Source of the DNA: Candidatus Spongiisociaceae bacterium
Lineage (GTDB): Bacteria > Actinomycetota > Acidimicrobiia > Spongiisociales > Spongiisociaceae
Direction of reading: 5' to 3'
DNA length: 64,000 nucleotides
NCBI GenBank assembly: GCA_965219685.1
Contig: CBDCOH010000002.1
Span: 3,776,001-3,840,000 of the forward strand
How positions within the stretch are numbered: the stretch's first letter is position 1; every line of letters starts with the position of its first letter. A program made the position numbers and the translations under genes. This document shows positions 10,476 to 19,974 of this stretch, piece by piece. Under the pieces are notes generated by a model, which saw only the letters and a program-made list of their open reading frames with translations, was not told the origin of the DNA and did no database searches.

Positions 10476-10579
10476 GTGTGCTCCTTGATCCATTTGTCTA
10501 CTCTCCTAGATTACGTAACGGGATGACCGTATGCATCCGAGAACGCGTGTTTAGAGAACGGGGATAGGAGGTCGCGAAG

Positions 10580-11668
10580 TTGGCAGGTGGTTCGGTCCGC
10601 TACGGGATCATCGGTACAGGGATGATGGGCATCGAGCACATCGGCAACATCCTCGCTATGCGAAACGCGGCGGTCACGGCCGTGGCGGATCCCTACCCAC
10701 CCTCCCGTGAGGCGGCTCGGGAGGCGCTAGACGGGCAGCGGTTCGCGGTCTTCGGCAACCATCGGGAACTGATCGAGTCGAAGCTGTGCGACGCGGTGGT
10801 GGTGTCGACACCCAACATGACCCACATAGACCTCCTCCGTGACCTCCTGGAAACCGATCTACACCTCCTGGTGGAGAAGCCGCTCTGCACCACGGTCGAG
10901 GACTGCCGCCGGGTGGTCGACGCCCAGCGTGATCGCGACGCTGTCCTGTGGGTCGGGATGGAGTACCGCTACATGCCCGCCATCGCCCGGCTGATCGCGG
11001 AGGTCCGGAGGGGCACCGTCGGCGACCTGAAGATGCTGGCGATCCGGGAGCACCGCTTCCCGTTCCTCGAGAAGGTCAACGACTGGAACCGGTTCAACGC
11101 CAACTCGGGAGGCACCCTGGTGGAGAAGTGCTGCCACCACTTCGACCTGATGAACCACATCATCGGCAATCCCCCGGTCCGGGTGTACGCCTCGGGGAGC
11201 CAGGCGGTGAACCATCTGGACGAGCGCTACGGGGGGCGCCAACCCGATATCCTCGACAACGCCTACGTGATCGTGGACTACCGGGACGGGCAGCGGGCCA
11301 TGCTGGACCTCTGCATGTTCGCGGAAGGCGGTGAGAACCAGGAGGAGTTGGTGGCGGTGGGCGACCGCGGCAAGGTGGAAGCCCGCCTACCCTCCGGCCT
11401 GGTGCTCACCGGCATGAGGGAAGGCGACTGGTTCTCCCCGAGGATCGAGACAGCCACCGACAGCCGGATCGCCCACACCGGCGCCCATCACGGCGCGTCG
11501 TACCTGGAACACCTGGAGTTCCTCAACGCTATCCGGAACGGAACCCCTCCGCAGGTCAACGCCTACGACGGCCTGCTGGCCGTCACCATGGGAGTCGCCG
11601 CTCAGCAGTCGATCGAGGAAGGTCGCCCGGTCGACATAGCCGAGATGGTCGAGCAGGACCTGAGGTGA
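10580..11668 (+). CDS. Gfo/Idh/MocA-family oxidoreductase (inositol dehydrogenase-like)
   Basis: GIIGTGMMG, VEKP, GGTLVEKCCHHFD; AGGAGG RBS. Confidence 0.92.
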   Translation: MAGGSVRYGIIGTGMMGIEHIGNILAMRNAAVTAVADPYPPSREAAREALDGQRFAVFGNHRELIESKLCDAVVVSTPNMTHIDLLRDLLETDLHLLVEKPLCTTVEDCRRVVDAQRDRDAVLWVGMEYRYMPAIARLIAEVRRGTVGDLKMLAIREHRFPFLEKVNDWNRFNANSGGTLVEKCCHHFDLMNHIIGNPPVRVYASGSQAVNHLDERYGGRQPDILDNAYVIVDYRDGQRAMLDLCMFAEGGENQEELVAVGDRGKVEARLPSGLVLTGMREGDWFSPRIETATDSRIAHTGAHHGASYLEHLEFLNAIRNGTPPQVNAYDGLLAVTMGVAAQQSIEEGRPVDIAEMVEQDLR

Positions 11669-11778
11669 GTGGACAGGCTGTCCCGTCGTTATAGCGGCAA
11701 CAAGCATGGGTGGCCGTTCGGGGAACTGGCGACCGGAACCTACCCGATCTAACGCTACTCATCCTTTACCAGATAATA

Positions 11779-11811
11779 ACTAGCAACTAACAACTAGAAA
11801 CTAGCTATCTA
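11779..11811. repeat. Heptamer tandem array (ACTAGCA-like x4) at the 3' end of the AAA gene
   Basis: ACTAGCA ACTAACA ACTAGAA ACTAGCT directly abutting stop at 11809-11811. Confidence 0.8.
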
Positions 11812-13095
11812 GGGACCCAGCACGGTGATAGGCATGACTTGGACACCGTCAGGGCGGAGGTAACCGAAACCGGTGGCGGTCACCACCACCAGGTTGGAAG
11901 GCTTTCCGACATGTTCTGGATCTACCTTGTCCCGAAGTCTCAGCAAGGCCGACGCAGCCCTGTCGGTGGCATCGTTTCCCCCCAGTTTGACCTCTATCGC
12001 GATCCAGGCTCCGTCCCGACGTTCAACGATCGCGTCGATCTCCAATCCGGCGCTGTCTCGATAGTGAGCCACTCGGGCCCGGACAGACTGGGCATATGTC
12101 CGCAGGTCCCTGACCACCATCGATTCGAACAGAAGACCGAACGTCTTCAGGTCGCGCCAGAGCCGCTCGGGGTCCGCGTGAAGAGCCGCCGCTGCCAAGG
12201 AGGGGTCTACCAGGTGGCGCTTGGCGGATTGCCGAAGGAAGGTCCGCGAGCGAAGTCGTGTCGACCATGCCGGCTGGTCTTCGACCACATACACCCTCCG
12301 AAGCGCCTCGAGGTACGCCGCGACCGTACGCGGATCGAGCGGTTTCTCACCTCCCGCGTCGCGAGCGAGGGCGCGCTGCGATGCTTCGGTGGATACATTC
12401 CGGGCAAGAGAGCGTAGTAGGCGGTCTACCCCGATCGGATCACGTGATGGTCCGCCGAGTAGCGGGATGTCGGCGCGGCAGATCTCGCTCAGGTACGAGA
12501 CTGCGTAGTCCTGAGCTGCGCTGGTATCCAGATCGATGGATGCAGGCCAGCCTCCCCGGCAAGCCGCCTCCATCAAGTCTGGCAGGGCGGCATCAGGTCG
12601 CTCCACGTAGCCGACCGGCGAGGCGAACAGGTCTGCCAGAGACACTTCTCCCGTCGAGAGACCCGACTCGTAGAGGGACAACGGACGCATCCGGACACGA
12701 GTGATCCGGCCCGCACCGCTGTGCCGGATGACGTCGTCCGCCGGCACAGCGGATCCGGTGAGGATGAACCTGCCAGGCCGACGACCGTCATCGCCCGCCG
12801 CTCGCACCTGATTCCAGACTTGGGGCGCCAGTTGCCACTCATCCAGCAGGCGCGGCTCCGGACCATCCAGTATCGCCTCCGGATGGATCTGCGCCACCAG
12901 TCGGGCAGCGGTGTCCGAGCCGAACATCACCTCGCTGCGTGCGTGTTCACGCCCGGTTGTTGTCTTGCCACAGGCGCGCGGGCCCTCGATGACCACGGCG
13001 GGAACGGAACGAAGTGCGGCCACAACCTCGGAGTCGACAACGCGTGGAACGTACCCGTCCAACCTTCTAACAACACTCGATCCAACTCCTGACAC
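11809..13095 (-). CDS. AAA_14 ATPase with DUF4143 / C-terminal PD-(D/E)xK-like domain
   Basis: GPRACGKTT, LLDEWQ, FILTGS, GAGRI, GGWP, GLLFES, EIDAIVE..IAIEVKLG. Confidence 0.88.
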   Translation of the reverse strand: MSGVGSSVVRRLDGYVPRVVDSEVVAALRSVPAVVIEGPRACGKTTTGREHARSEVMFGSDTAARLVAQIHPEAILDGPEPRLLDEWQLAPQVWNQVRAAGDDGRRPGRFILTGSAVPADDVIRHSGAGRITRVRMRPLSLYESGLSTGEVSLADLFASPVGYVERPDAALPDLMEAACRGGWPASIDLDTSAAQDYAVSYLSEICRADIPLLGGPSRDPIGVDRLLRSLARNVSTEASQRALARDAGGEKPLDPRTVAAYLEALRRVYVVEDQPAWSTRLRSRTFLRQSAKRHLVDPSLAAAALHADPERLWRDLKTFGLLFESMVVRDLRTYAQSVRARVAHYRDSAGLEIDAIVERRDGAWIAIEVKLGGNDATDRAASALLRLRDKVDPEHVGKPSNLVVVTATGFGYLRPDGVQVMPITVLGP

Positions 13096-13171
13096 CTGGT
13101 CAGTGTATCAAATATCGGAGTGCCAATGTAACAAACGTTGTATACATGATGTATCAAACGCTGACCTTAAG

Positions 13172-13498
13172 GAGAACCAGGAGGAACTGGTGGCGGTCGG
13201 TGACCGGGGCAAGATGGATGCCCGCCTACCGTCCGGCCTGGTCTTCACCGGCATACGGGAATGTGAGTGGTTAGCACCGACTGTCGAGACAGCGGCCGCC
13301 GGCCGCATCGCTCAACCCTGGCGCCGATCACGGCGCCTCCTACCTGGAACATATGGAGTTCCTGGTGGTGAGCCGCGACGGAACCTTACCCGGGTAAGCG
13401 GCAACGACGGCCTCCTGACGGTAGCCATGGGAGTAGTCACCCAGCGCCCTGTCGAGGACTGAGGTGCTGTCCCGATCGTCGAGGTGATTGGACCCTGA
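13172..13498 (+). pseudogene. Decayed second copy of the 3' third of the Gfo/Idh/MocA gene (11333-11668)
   Basis: ENQEELVAVGDRGKMDARLPSGLVFTG aligns with ENQEELVAVGDRGKVEARLPSGLVLTG. Later HGASYLEH and DGLL..MG segments fall in shifted frames; there is no start. Confidence 0.9.
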
Positions 13499-13513
13499 GC
13501 CCGGCGCGAACGA

Positions 13514-16500
13514 TTAGGTAGTCCCCTCGTCATCCGAGGTGATCAGCATGTCCCCGCGCCGCACCAGTTGTCCGTTGTCGATTAGCCAACCGACCCGCTG
13601 ATTGAGACGGGCTTTGATCTTCGGTCCGGCCTTCTGATAGCCGAACTGACGGGCCGTCTCGCGTACGAGGTCGTCTCGCGGTGCACCAAAGGTCTTGCGA
13701 GCGATCAGTAGCAGGCCCTCGTCGATCTCAGCTTCAGCGATGAGGTTTATCGTGCGACCTCCGGTCCGCCTTGGCCGCTGTGGACCTGTCTTGCCCGCCA
13801 GGTGCAGGAAGAGTCCGTTGGTGCCCTCTCGGCCCACAGTCCCATAAGCGATAGCCTGTTCAATTGCTCCTTCGATGTGTTGACGGATAACCTTGCCCGC
13901 TTTCGCATCGTCGTAGATGGTCACCACATGGCTGATTACTTTGTTGACGTGGACCGGCTGCTCTACCGCCACGATCTCTGTCACCAGCTTCGCGAGGCGA
14001 CTTAAAGGAGCATTGAGTACTCTACCCCAGCGACGCTTGCCCTCGAAACAGTGGTACTCGTCGAATAGCTGCGCTGGTCGGGAGGGCTGTAGCACTGGAC
14101 GAGTGTCGTCTCCGTCCTGCAGTGGGGCCGACCGTGACACTTCCGCGGTGCTTTCGCTGGCTGGCTGCGCGTGCTCAGGCGGGTCTTCGCTCCGGGCCCG
14201 TTCAAGAGCTTCCTCGATCGTTCTGATCTCAGTCTCCCGATCGCGGATCCACGCGGTGGACCACACGCGATGAATGTGCCACCCGAGACCTTCGAGCACC
14301 TGCTGCCGTAGCCAATCACGGTCTCGGGCAGCCGGTGACCGGTGGTACGTCGCTCCGTCGCATTCGATGCCCAGATCGAACCGTTCTCCGTCCTCAGCCT
14401 TGATCGCGAGGTCGATGCGATAACCCGATACACCTACCTGAGCCTCAACTCGATGGCCACGCTCGCGTAGCGCTGTGAGCACGGCCTCCTCGAATGGGCT
14501 CTCGGGCTCACCGACGCGGGAAACGGCAGCTTCAAGGGCTTGCTCCGGGTTTCGGACGTACTCGAGATAGCGACGCAGTTGGCGAGCCCCAGGCGATGTT
14601 GATGTGATGTCCTCGGCGCGCAACGAATGAACCACGGTCATCGACTGGCGTGCCCTTGTCACAGCCACGTTGAGTCTCCGCTCACCGCCTTCCTGGTTTA
14701 TCGGTCCGAAACGGTTCGGAACCGCACCCGCGGAGGTGGGTCCGTAACCGACGGAGAGGACCATGTGGTCTCGTTCGTCCCCTTGGACGTTTTCGAGGTT
14801 CTTGACGAAGAAGCGTTCGTCGACATCGCTGCTGAATCGATCATCCAAATGGCGACTGATCAGCCGACGTTCTTCGATCAGGGTCTCGATGAGGTCGGCC
14901 TGCGAACGCGACAGCGCCACCACCCCGATACTCTCATCCCGAGGCTGTGTCTCCAGCAGATCGAAGACGATGTCGGTCACGCGCTCGGCTTCCTCACGAT
15001 TGGTCCGGCGGCCCCCTGCGTCGTAGATGGCTCCCGAGAGGTATACATCCCGGACGGCCGCAGCGGATGGATCTGGATCGGGGAAGGTCAGGAGGCGGTC
15101 TTCGTAGAAGGCATGATTAGAGAATCGGATCAGACTCTCACTGCGGCTCCGATAGTGTACCGTCAAGTACCGTTCTTCGACGCGGTTGCCCACCTGTCCC
15201 ACCATGACGTCGAGAATGCTCTCGCGTCCCTCGAAACTATCACTGGTCTCGTCATCCTCGTCACGGTGGTCGGCGTCGTCCGCGAGGCTACGCCGAAAGA
15301 AAGTGGTGGGCGGGAGTTGGAGTCGATCGCCTACTACGATGACCTGCCTCCCGCGTTCGATGGCTGGGAGCGCATCCTCTGGTAGCACCTGTGAGGCCTC
15401 GTCAAAGATGACCGCATCGAACTCGATTCGGTCGCTCTCCAGTGGTCCGGCAGGCAAGTATTGACTCACTGCGAGGGGGCTCATGAGAAAGCATGGCTTG
15501 AGCGTCTGGAGCAAGTCCGGGATCCGTCGAATGAGACGGCGAACGGGCATCTGCCGACGTTTCTTGGAGAGTTCGCCGTTGAGTATGCCCACTTGCCCTG
15601 CTTGTAAGGGTGTAACGTTTTGCTCCGGGTACTTGCCGAACACCTGTTCCCGGACCCTTCTGCGGGCAGCAACAGGGAACAGGTTGTCGAGACTCCTGAA
15701 CCGCTCTCGGATATCCTCATGATCCACCCTATTGAACATACGCAGATCAGGCTCGATGGCGTACACCTCCTCCAGCCAAACGTCGTAAGCACGGCGTTTG
15801 ACGATGTCCGGTACATCCTTGGCCAGCTTTGTCAGACGGCGGACCTTGTCGGTCGACCCTGTCCCTAGAAGTTCGTCGAAGGAGCTAACGGCGTCCTGAT
15901 ATGCGACCCACGCTGGGGCATCGTCCGCGTTATCGAGAAGGTCAACGGCCCATCCTTCAAGAGCAGTCAAGCTCGGTTCATCCCACGAGTCCCATCCCGT
16001 CGACGCGAGATCAAACCGTTGGTCCAGTAATTCCAACTCCTGCCTGACAGCTTTGATAGCGGTGTCAACTAACTCCGCTCGTTTGGTGTATTCGAACCGC
16101 GGTCGAGGGTTGCTCGCATGGTTCGAGAGTTCTTGGCTGACCTTTCCGTTGGCAGCCTTCACCAAACCCTCCGTCCAGTCGAGAGCTTCCAGGATCAGCG
16201 TCCACTGGGTGGTGTCGCCTTCGAAGAAGTGGCCGAAGTCCGCGGCGAGAGTGGAAGCCAGCCGCTCATCTTCCTCTCTGATCGCCATCAGCCCGACGCC
16301 GACTTCGACGAGTTCTGTCAGCTTCAGCGCGTCGAAGTCGGAAAGCCTCCTTGCGAGACTGCCAATAAGTGGATGGGTAGCACCGCTGACGCGGCGGAGT
16401 GGCGTCACGGCTCGGCGCATGGCCTCGGCGGAGCGCGCAATGTCGAGCGTCGGGCCGGACAACGGCTTGTGACCGACTCGACTCGCGGCCGAGTGGTAGT

Positions 16501-19500
16501 GGTCCAGCGATCTGAGGATCTGATGCTGTGCAGACGAGAGGGCCGAACGTCGTAGTCCATCGGCTTCTGTCGTCGTAAGTTCTCGAAGGATGGCGTCGTC
16601 TACTATTTGGTAGCCCGTAGCCTCGACAGCACCAATGTAGCCTTGCAGGCGACTTCTATCTGCAGACCAGTCATCCCTTAGTCGGTGGACCGTCTCGAAG
16701 TCCCCCAGTACACGCTCCCAATCGGTCCTCCGGCCTCGAAAGCGTCTGCCCAGCTTGACCCTTATATCCGACTTCAGCTCATCCCACCTCTCCCGCATTT
16801 GCTTGATCTCGTGGGCTTGCCGGACAGCTTGCAGGGACTCGGCCACTGTCAGTTTGCGCGGGTCGTTCAGCTGGCCCCGGAGAGTTCGCTGATCATCTCG
16901 GTAAGCCTTGCCGAGGCGTCTCCAAGTACTTTGGTGGTCGGTGCGATATCGGACCAGCATCTCCTCGTCGACGAGATCTACGAGCCGGTCGGAAAAGTCC
17001 ATGCTGAGTTGGATCTCGGCCTGTTCGAGTTGGTTGAGCAGAGACTGTGCATCCTCTAAGGAACGCTTCAACTGGTCAGGCGAAGCGTGCGTGAGCCAAA
17101 GGTCGGGAACCGGTTCGAGGTTGAGAATCCGGCTTGTCAGGCTACACAGACCCTCGACCTTGCCTAGCGTCCGGATTGATGATGACGGTCTCGTGAGCAC
17201 TTCAGCCATCTCCAACACTCGTGTGAGCAGATCGTCAAGTTCTGCGGAGAGGGCACCAACTCCATCCGACAGCCCAACCGGATCCTCGCCGATACGAGTG
17301 CGCCAGCTATCACCTACAACAGCCTCGATATCCTCCACCTCGTCAGGCGTGAGTGCCATGGCCTTCCTGATGGCTCGGTAGTCGAGTGTGGGAGGTTCGC
17401 CAGCAAACGCTGCGGACAGCTTCTCCTCTCGGAGTTGCCGCTCACATTGTTGTGCAGCTTGTCCGCGCGCTAAAGGCCGGAGTCTTTGTACAGCTCTGTG
17501 CCCGAGCCAAGCGACGGGGATGCCTGTAGGCGCGTGTGAGAGCAGCCCGAGAAGTCGAACTATGGTGTGAGCATCGTTGGCCGACTTGATCGGGGGTACT
17601 CCGAGCCAATCCGATTGCGGATCAACGGCGGCGCGTAGTTGATCGACAGCTGACAGCACGACTGTCATGTCGTTACGGATCAGATCGGGAAGAGACAGCG
17701 TCTGCTGCGGTGTGCGAAGCGGTATCCAGCGGCTTGTAGTGTGACAAGTGAACTCGGCGGGTCGGAGCGCGATACGTCGGGCTGCTTCGGTGGCGGCGGA
17801 CAACCAACGATGAGTCAATCGACTGAGGTGCGGGATCTCCAATGAGGTGAATCGCGGCAGATGGCGCAGGCTGGCGAATCTGCCCTGAATCTCGAAAACG
17901 GACTTGCCTAGCGGATCACGCCTCTTGTGGAGCAGTCGAACGATCCTGTTGAGTTGCTTGCGCAGTACAACGAGTTCGCCCAACGGAATGTCTGGCGCGC
18001 CCCCTTCGCGGCTATCGGACAGTGAGCGCTTCAGCTGTTTGTAAACCTGACTCTTCCTCCCGCGGTCGCTGTGCAGATCGAGACAGAAGATACCGAGGCC
18101 GCACTCCTCAAGCCGTCGTTTCACGACGTCGAGGGCAGCGGTCTTTTCACTGACAAACAAGACACGCTTCCCTCCGGCGAGGAGCGTCGCTATAAGGTTC
18201 GTGATCGTCTGGCTCTTGCCGGTGCCTGGAGGGCCGTGTATAACGAGGTGGGAACCCTTTCTGACCGAGTCGATGGCGCGTAACTGGCTAAAGTCCGCCG
18301 GTAACACCGTATACTGGTCACTGATCTCCAATAGGTCGTCCAACTGTCCACCAGCGAGGTCGCGATCCATTGGCGTAGCTGAATGCGTAGGGTTGTCAGT
18401 TCTGTTTGTTTCATTCCCGGCCAGAAGGAGCGTCAGATCGCTCCGCACGCCGTTCTCGAGCATCCGGGTCAGGTCTTCATACATCGCCAGCTTCGTGTAG
18501 GAGAACGTGCCGAGAGTGATCTCACGATCGATGTACCAGCCCTCACGGTCGCCGACTAGCTTCTTGACTTCGCTGAGGTACTCTTCGATGGATGTTTCCG
18601 TCCCAACGTACTCGTCGGCTAGTGCAGGAAGCTCAAGATCTAGCCGCGAGAGGTAGTGACGCAGGGTCGGATTGACGACCGAATCGTCATCCTCACGTTG
18701 CAAGCGGAAGGGGTCGCCCGGTGATCGGCGGTCGAGATCGCAAGGAATCAGCACAAGCGGTGAACACGCCCGCTCATCGTCTTGGTCGATCCAGTACAAG
18801 AACCCCATGGCTAGGAAGAGGACGTTGAGACCTTGTTCCTCCTCCCACTCACGATCTTTGCGTTGGAGATTACGAAGTCGGCGTTGGAGGTCAAGGGGTT
18901 CACAGTTCGTTTTCAGATCGCCTTTGACGACTCGTGGTCGCTCATCGGCACCAGGATCGTCCGTAGTGGCGAATCCGCGTCTCCGTTTCCGACGACGTGC
19001 TGCATAAGGGAAACGAAGTCCAGTGCGAGACTTCTGGAGCCGCTTGTCTAGCTCGTCGGGGGCTATGCCGGTGATGCCAACCGCGCTGCGCCCGGGTTTG
19101 AAGTAGAGCAGGTTGTTTCGCCGATTCAGTTGGAGGAGGCGTGTTTGCCACTCGGCGATCCGGCGATCGATCAGCTTGCTCGGGTGTGTGGTCTGTTTCT
19201 GTCTTGGGCTCCGTCTACTTCTCGCGGCAGTCGTTGGCAGCCTCTCTACTGTCACGGTGGGAGACAACGCACTAGGGGTTGTGGGTGTGGTGGAGGCTTC
19301 GGCGAGACATACGTCCCTTCCGCCGCCGGTCTCCATATCTCGGCCAGTCCCTAGTCCCCACGCGCAATCGGTGCATAGGTAGACATCTACGTCGTGATGT
19401 CCGTTGCCGACGGCACAACCGTCACAATCCCAGTCCGGGACTTCCGGAGCGACCGCGCAGTCAGGACAGGGGTCGGAGTCGGTGGATGGGGCCGAAGTCA

Positions 19501-19615
19501 GGAAGGTCCGAAGTTCAAGAACGCAGTTGCAGCAAAGAAGACGGAGACTATGACCCTCGGGATATCCGCAAGCGCAGCACGGCCTGTAACCGTTCTCCTT
19601 CGTAGGCCGTTGCAT
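13514..19615 (-). CDS. DUF4011 - SF1 helicase - Vsr-like nuclease - DUF3320 protein (Hhe-type anti-phage candidate)
   Basis: DUF4011-like W..RLLQLNRRNNLL, GPPGTGKSQTI, DEASQ, VGDRLQLPP, HYRS, ENVQGDERD, RRLNVAVTRAR, ESPFEE..IDLAI..GIECDGATYH. Visibly less GC3-biased than neighbours. Confidence 0.88.
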   Translation of the reverse strand: MQRPTKENGYRPCCACGYPEGHSLRLLCCNCVLELRTFLTSAPSTDSDPCPDCAVAPEVPDWDCDGCAVGNGHHDVDVYLCTDCAWGLGTGRDMETGGGRDVCLAEASTTPTTPSALSPTVTVERLPTTAARSRRSPRQKQTTHPSKLIDRRIAEWQTRLLQLNRRNNLLYFKPGRSAVGITGIAPDELDKRLQKSRTGLRFPYAARRRKRRRGFATTDDPGADERPRVVKGDLKTNCEPLDLQRRLRNLQRKDREWEEEQGLNVLFLAMGFLYWIDQDDERACSPLVLIPCDLDRRSPGDPFRLQREDDDSVVNPTLRHYLSRLDLELPALADEYVGTETSIEEYLSEVKKLVGDREGWYIDREITLGTFSYTKLAMYEDLTRMLENGVRSDLTLLLAGNETNRTDNPTHSATPMDRDLAGGQLDDLLEISDQYTVLPADFSQLRAIDSVRKGSHLVIHGPPGTGKSQTITNLIATLLAGGKRVLFVSEKTAALDVVKRRLEECGLGIFCLDLHSDRGRKSQVYKQLKRSLSDSREGGAPDIPLGELVVLRKQLNRIVRLLHKRRDPLGKSVFEIQGRFASLRHLPRFTSLEIPHLSRLTHRWLSAATEAARRIALRPAEFTCHTTSRWIPLRTPQQTLSLPDLIRNDMTVVLSAVDQLRAAVDPQSDWLGVPPIKSANDAHTIVRLLGLLSHAPTGIPVAWLGHRAVQRLRPLARGQAAQQCERQLREEKLSAAFAGEPPTLDYRAIRKAMALTPDEVEDIEAVVGDSWRTRIGEDPVGLSDGVGALSAELDDLLTRVLEMAEVLTRPSSSIRTLGKVEGLCSLTSRILNLEPVPDLWLTHASPDQLKRSLEDAQSLLNQLEQAEIQLSMDFSDRLVDLVDEEMLVRYRTDHQSTWRRLGKAYRDDQRTLRGQLNDPRKLTVAESLQAVRQAHEIKQMRERWDELKSDIRVKLGRRFRGRRTDWERVLGDFETVHRLRDDWSADRSRLQGYIGAVEATGYQIVDDAILRELTTTEADGLRRSALSSAQHQILRSLDHYHSAASRVGHKPLSGPTLDIARSAEAMRRAVTPLRRVSGATHPLIGSLARRLSDFDALKLTELVEVGVGLMAIREEDERLASTLAADFGHFFEGDTTQWTLILEALDWTEGLVKAANGKVSQELSNHASNPRPRFEYTKRAELVDTAIKAVRQELELLDQRFDLASTGWDSWDEPSLTALEGWAVDLLDNADDAPAWVAYQDAVSSFDELLGTGSTDKVRRLTKLAKDVPDIVKRRAYDVWLEEVYAIEPDLRMFNRVDHEDIRERFRSLDNLFPVAARRRVREQVFGKYPEQNVTPLQAGQVGILNGELSKKRRQMPVRRLIRRIPDLLQTLKPCFLMSPLAVSQYLPAGPLESDRIEFDAVIFDEASQVLPEDALPAIERGRQVIVVGDRLQLPPTTFFRRSLADDADHRDEDDETSDSFEGRESILDVMVGQVGNRVEERYLTVHYRSRSESLIRFSNHAFYEDRLLTFPDPDPSAAAVRDVYLSGAIYDAGGRRTNREEAERVTDIVFDLLETQPRDESIGVVALSRSQADLIETLIEERRLISRHLDDRFSSDVDERFFVKNLENVQGDERDHMVLSVGYGPTSAGAVPNRFGPINQEGGERRLNVAVTRARQSMTVVHSLRAEDITSTSPGARQLRRYLEYVRNPEQALEAAVSRVGEPESPFEEAVLTALRERGHRVEAQVGVSGYRIDLAIKAEDGERFDLGIECDGATYHRSPAARDRDWLRQQVLEGLGWHIHRVWSTAWIRDRETEIRTIEEALERARSEDPPEHAQPASESTAEVSRSAPLQDGDDTRPVLQPSRPAQLFDEYHCFEGKRRWGRVLNAPLSRLAKLVTEIVAVEQPVHVNKVISHVVTIYDDAKAGKVIRQHIEGAIEQAIAYGTVGREGTNGLFLHLAGKTGPQRPRRTGGRTINLIAEAEIDEGLLLIARKTFGAPRDDLVRETARQFGYQKAGPKIKARLNQRVGWLIDNGQLVRRGDMLITSDDEGTT

Positions 19616-19974
19616 TGGCTAACCTGTCCTAGTATGGGGGTATCATGAATTCTTCTCTCCTAGATTAGCCTCTCTTCGCGTAACAGTCGCGTAGAGAGCG
19701 GGCTATCACCGGGTCCGTAGGGCGCTACGTGAAGAAATGAGCACGAACTCAACGTTAGTGGGGGTCGTGGCACTCCTAGTCGCTCGAGAAATGCACGGTT
19801 AGTCCTACATCCTTCCGACAGTTGACAATACGCGCAGAGGTCAGTCCCCATCGGGTACTCAGTGCCGACGGATGCCCTCGCTGACAGCCGGTGGGAGGGA
19901 ACCCCTGCTTTGCTTCTGGGGGACACCGACCTCGTGGTACATCACCCACGTGCACCCATCGGTGAAGGGCCGAC

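Noticed and set aside
19660-19926. 88-aa ORF upstream of the helicase
   Set aside because: No motif, weak codon bias and no clear RBS; treated as intergenic.
11669-19974. Prophage, IS or integrative element explaining the accessory block
   Set aside because: No integrase, transposase, terminal inverted repeats or phage genes were recognised.
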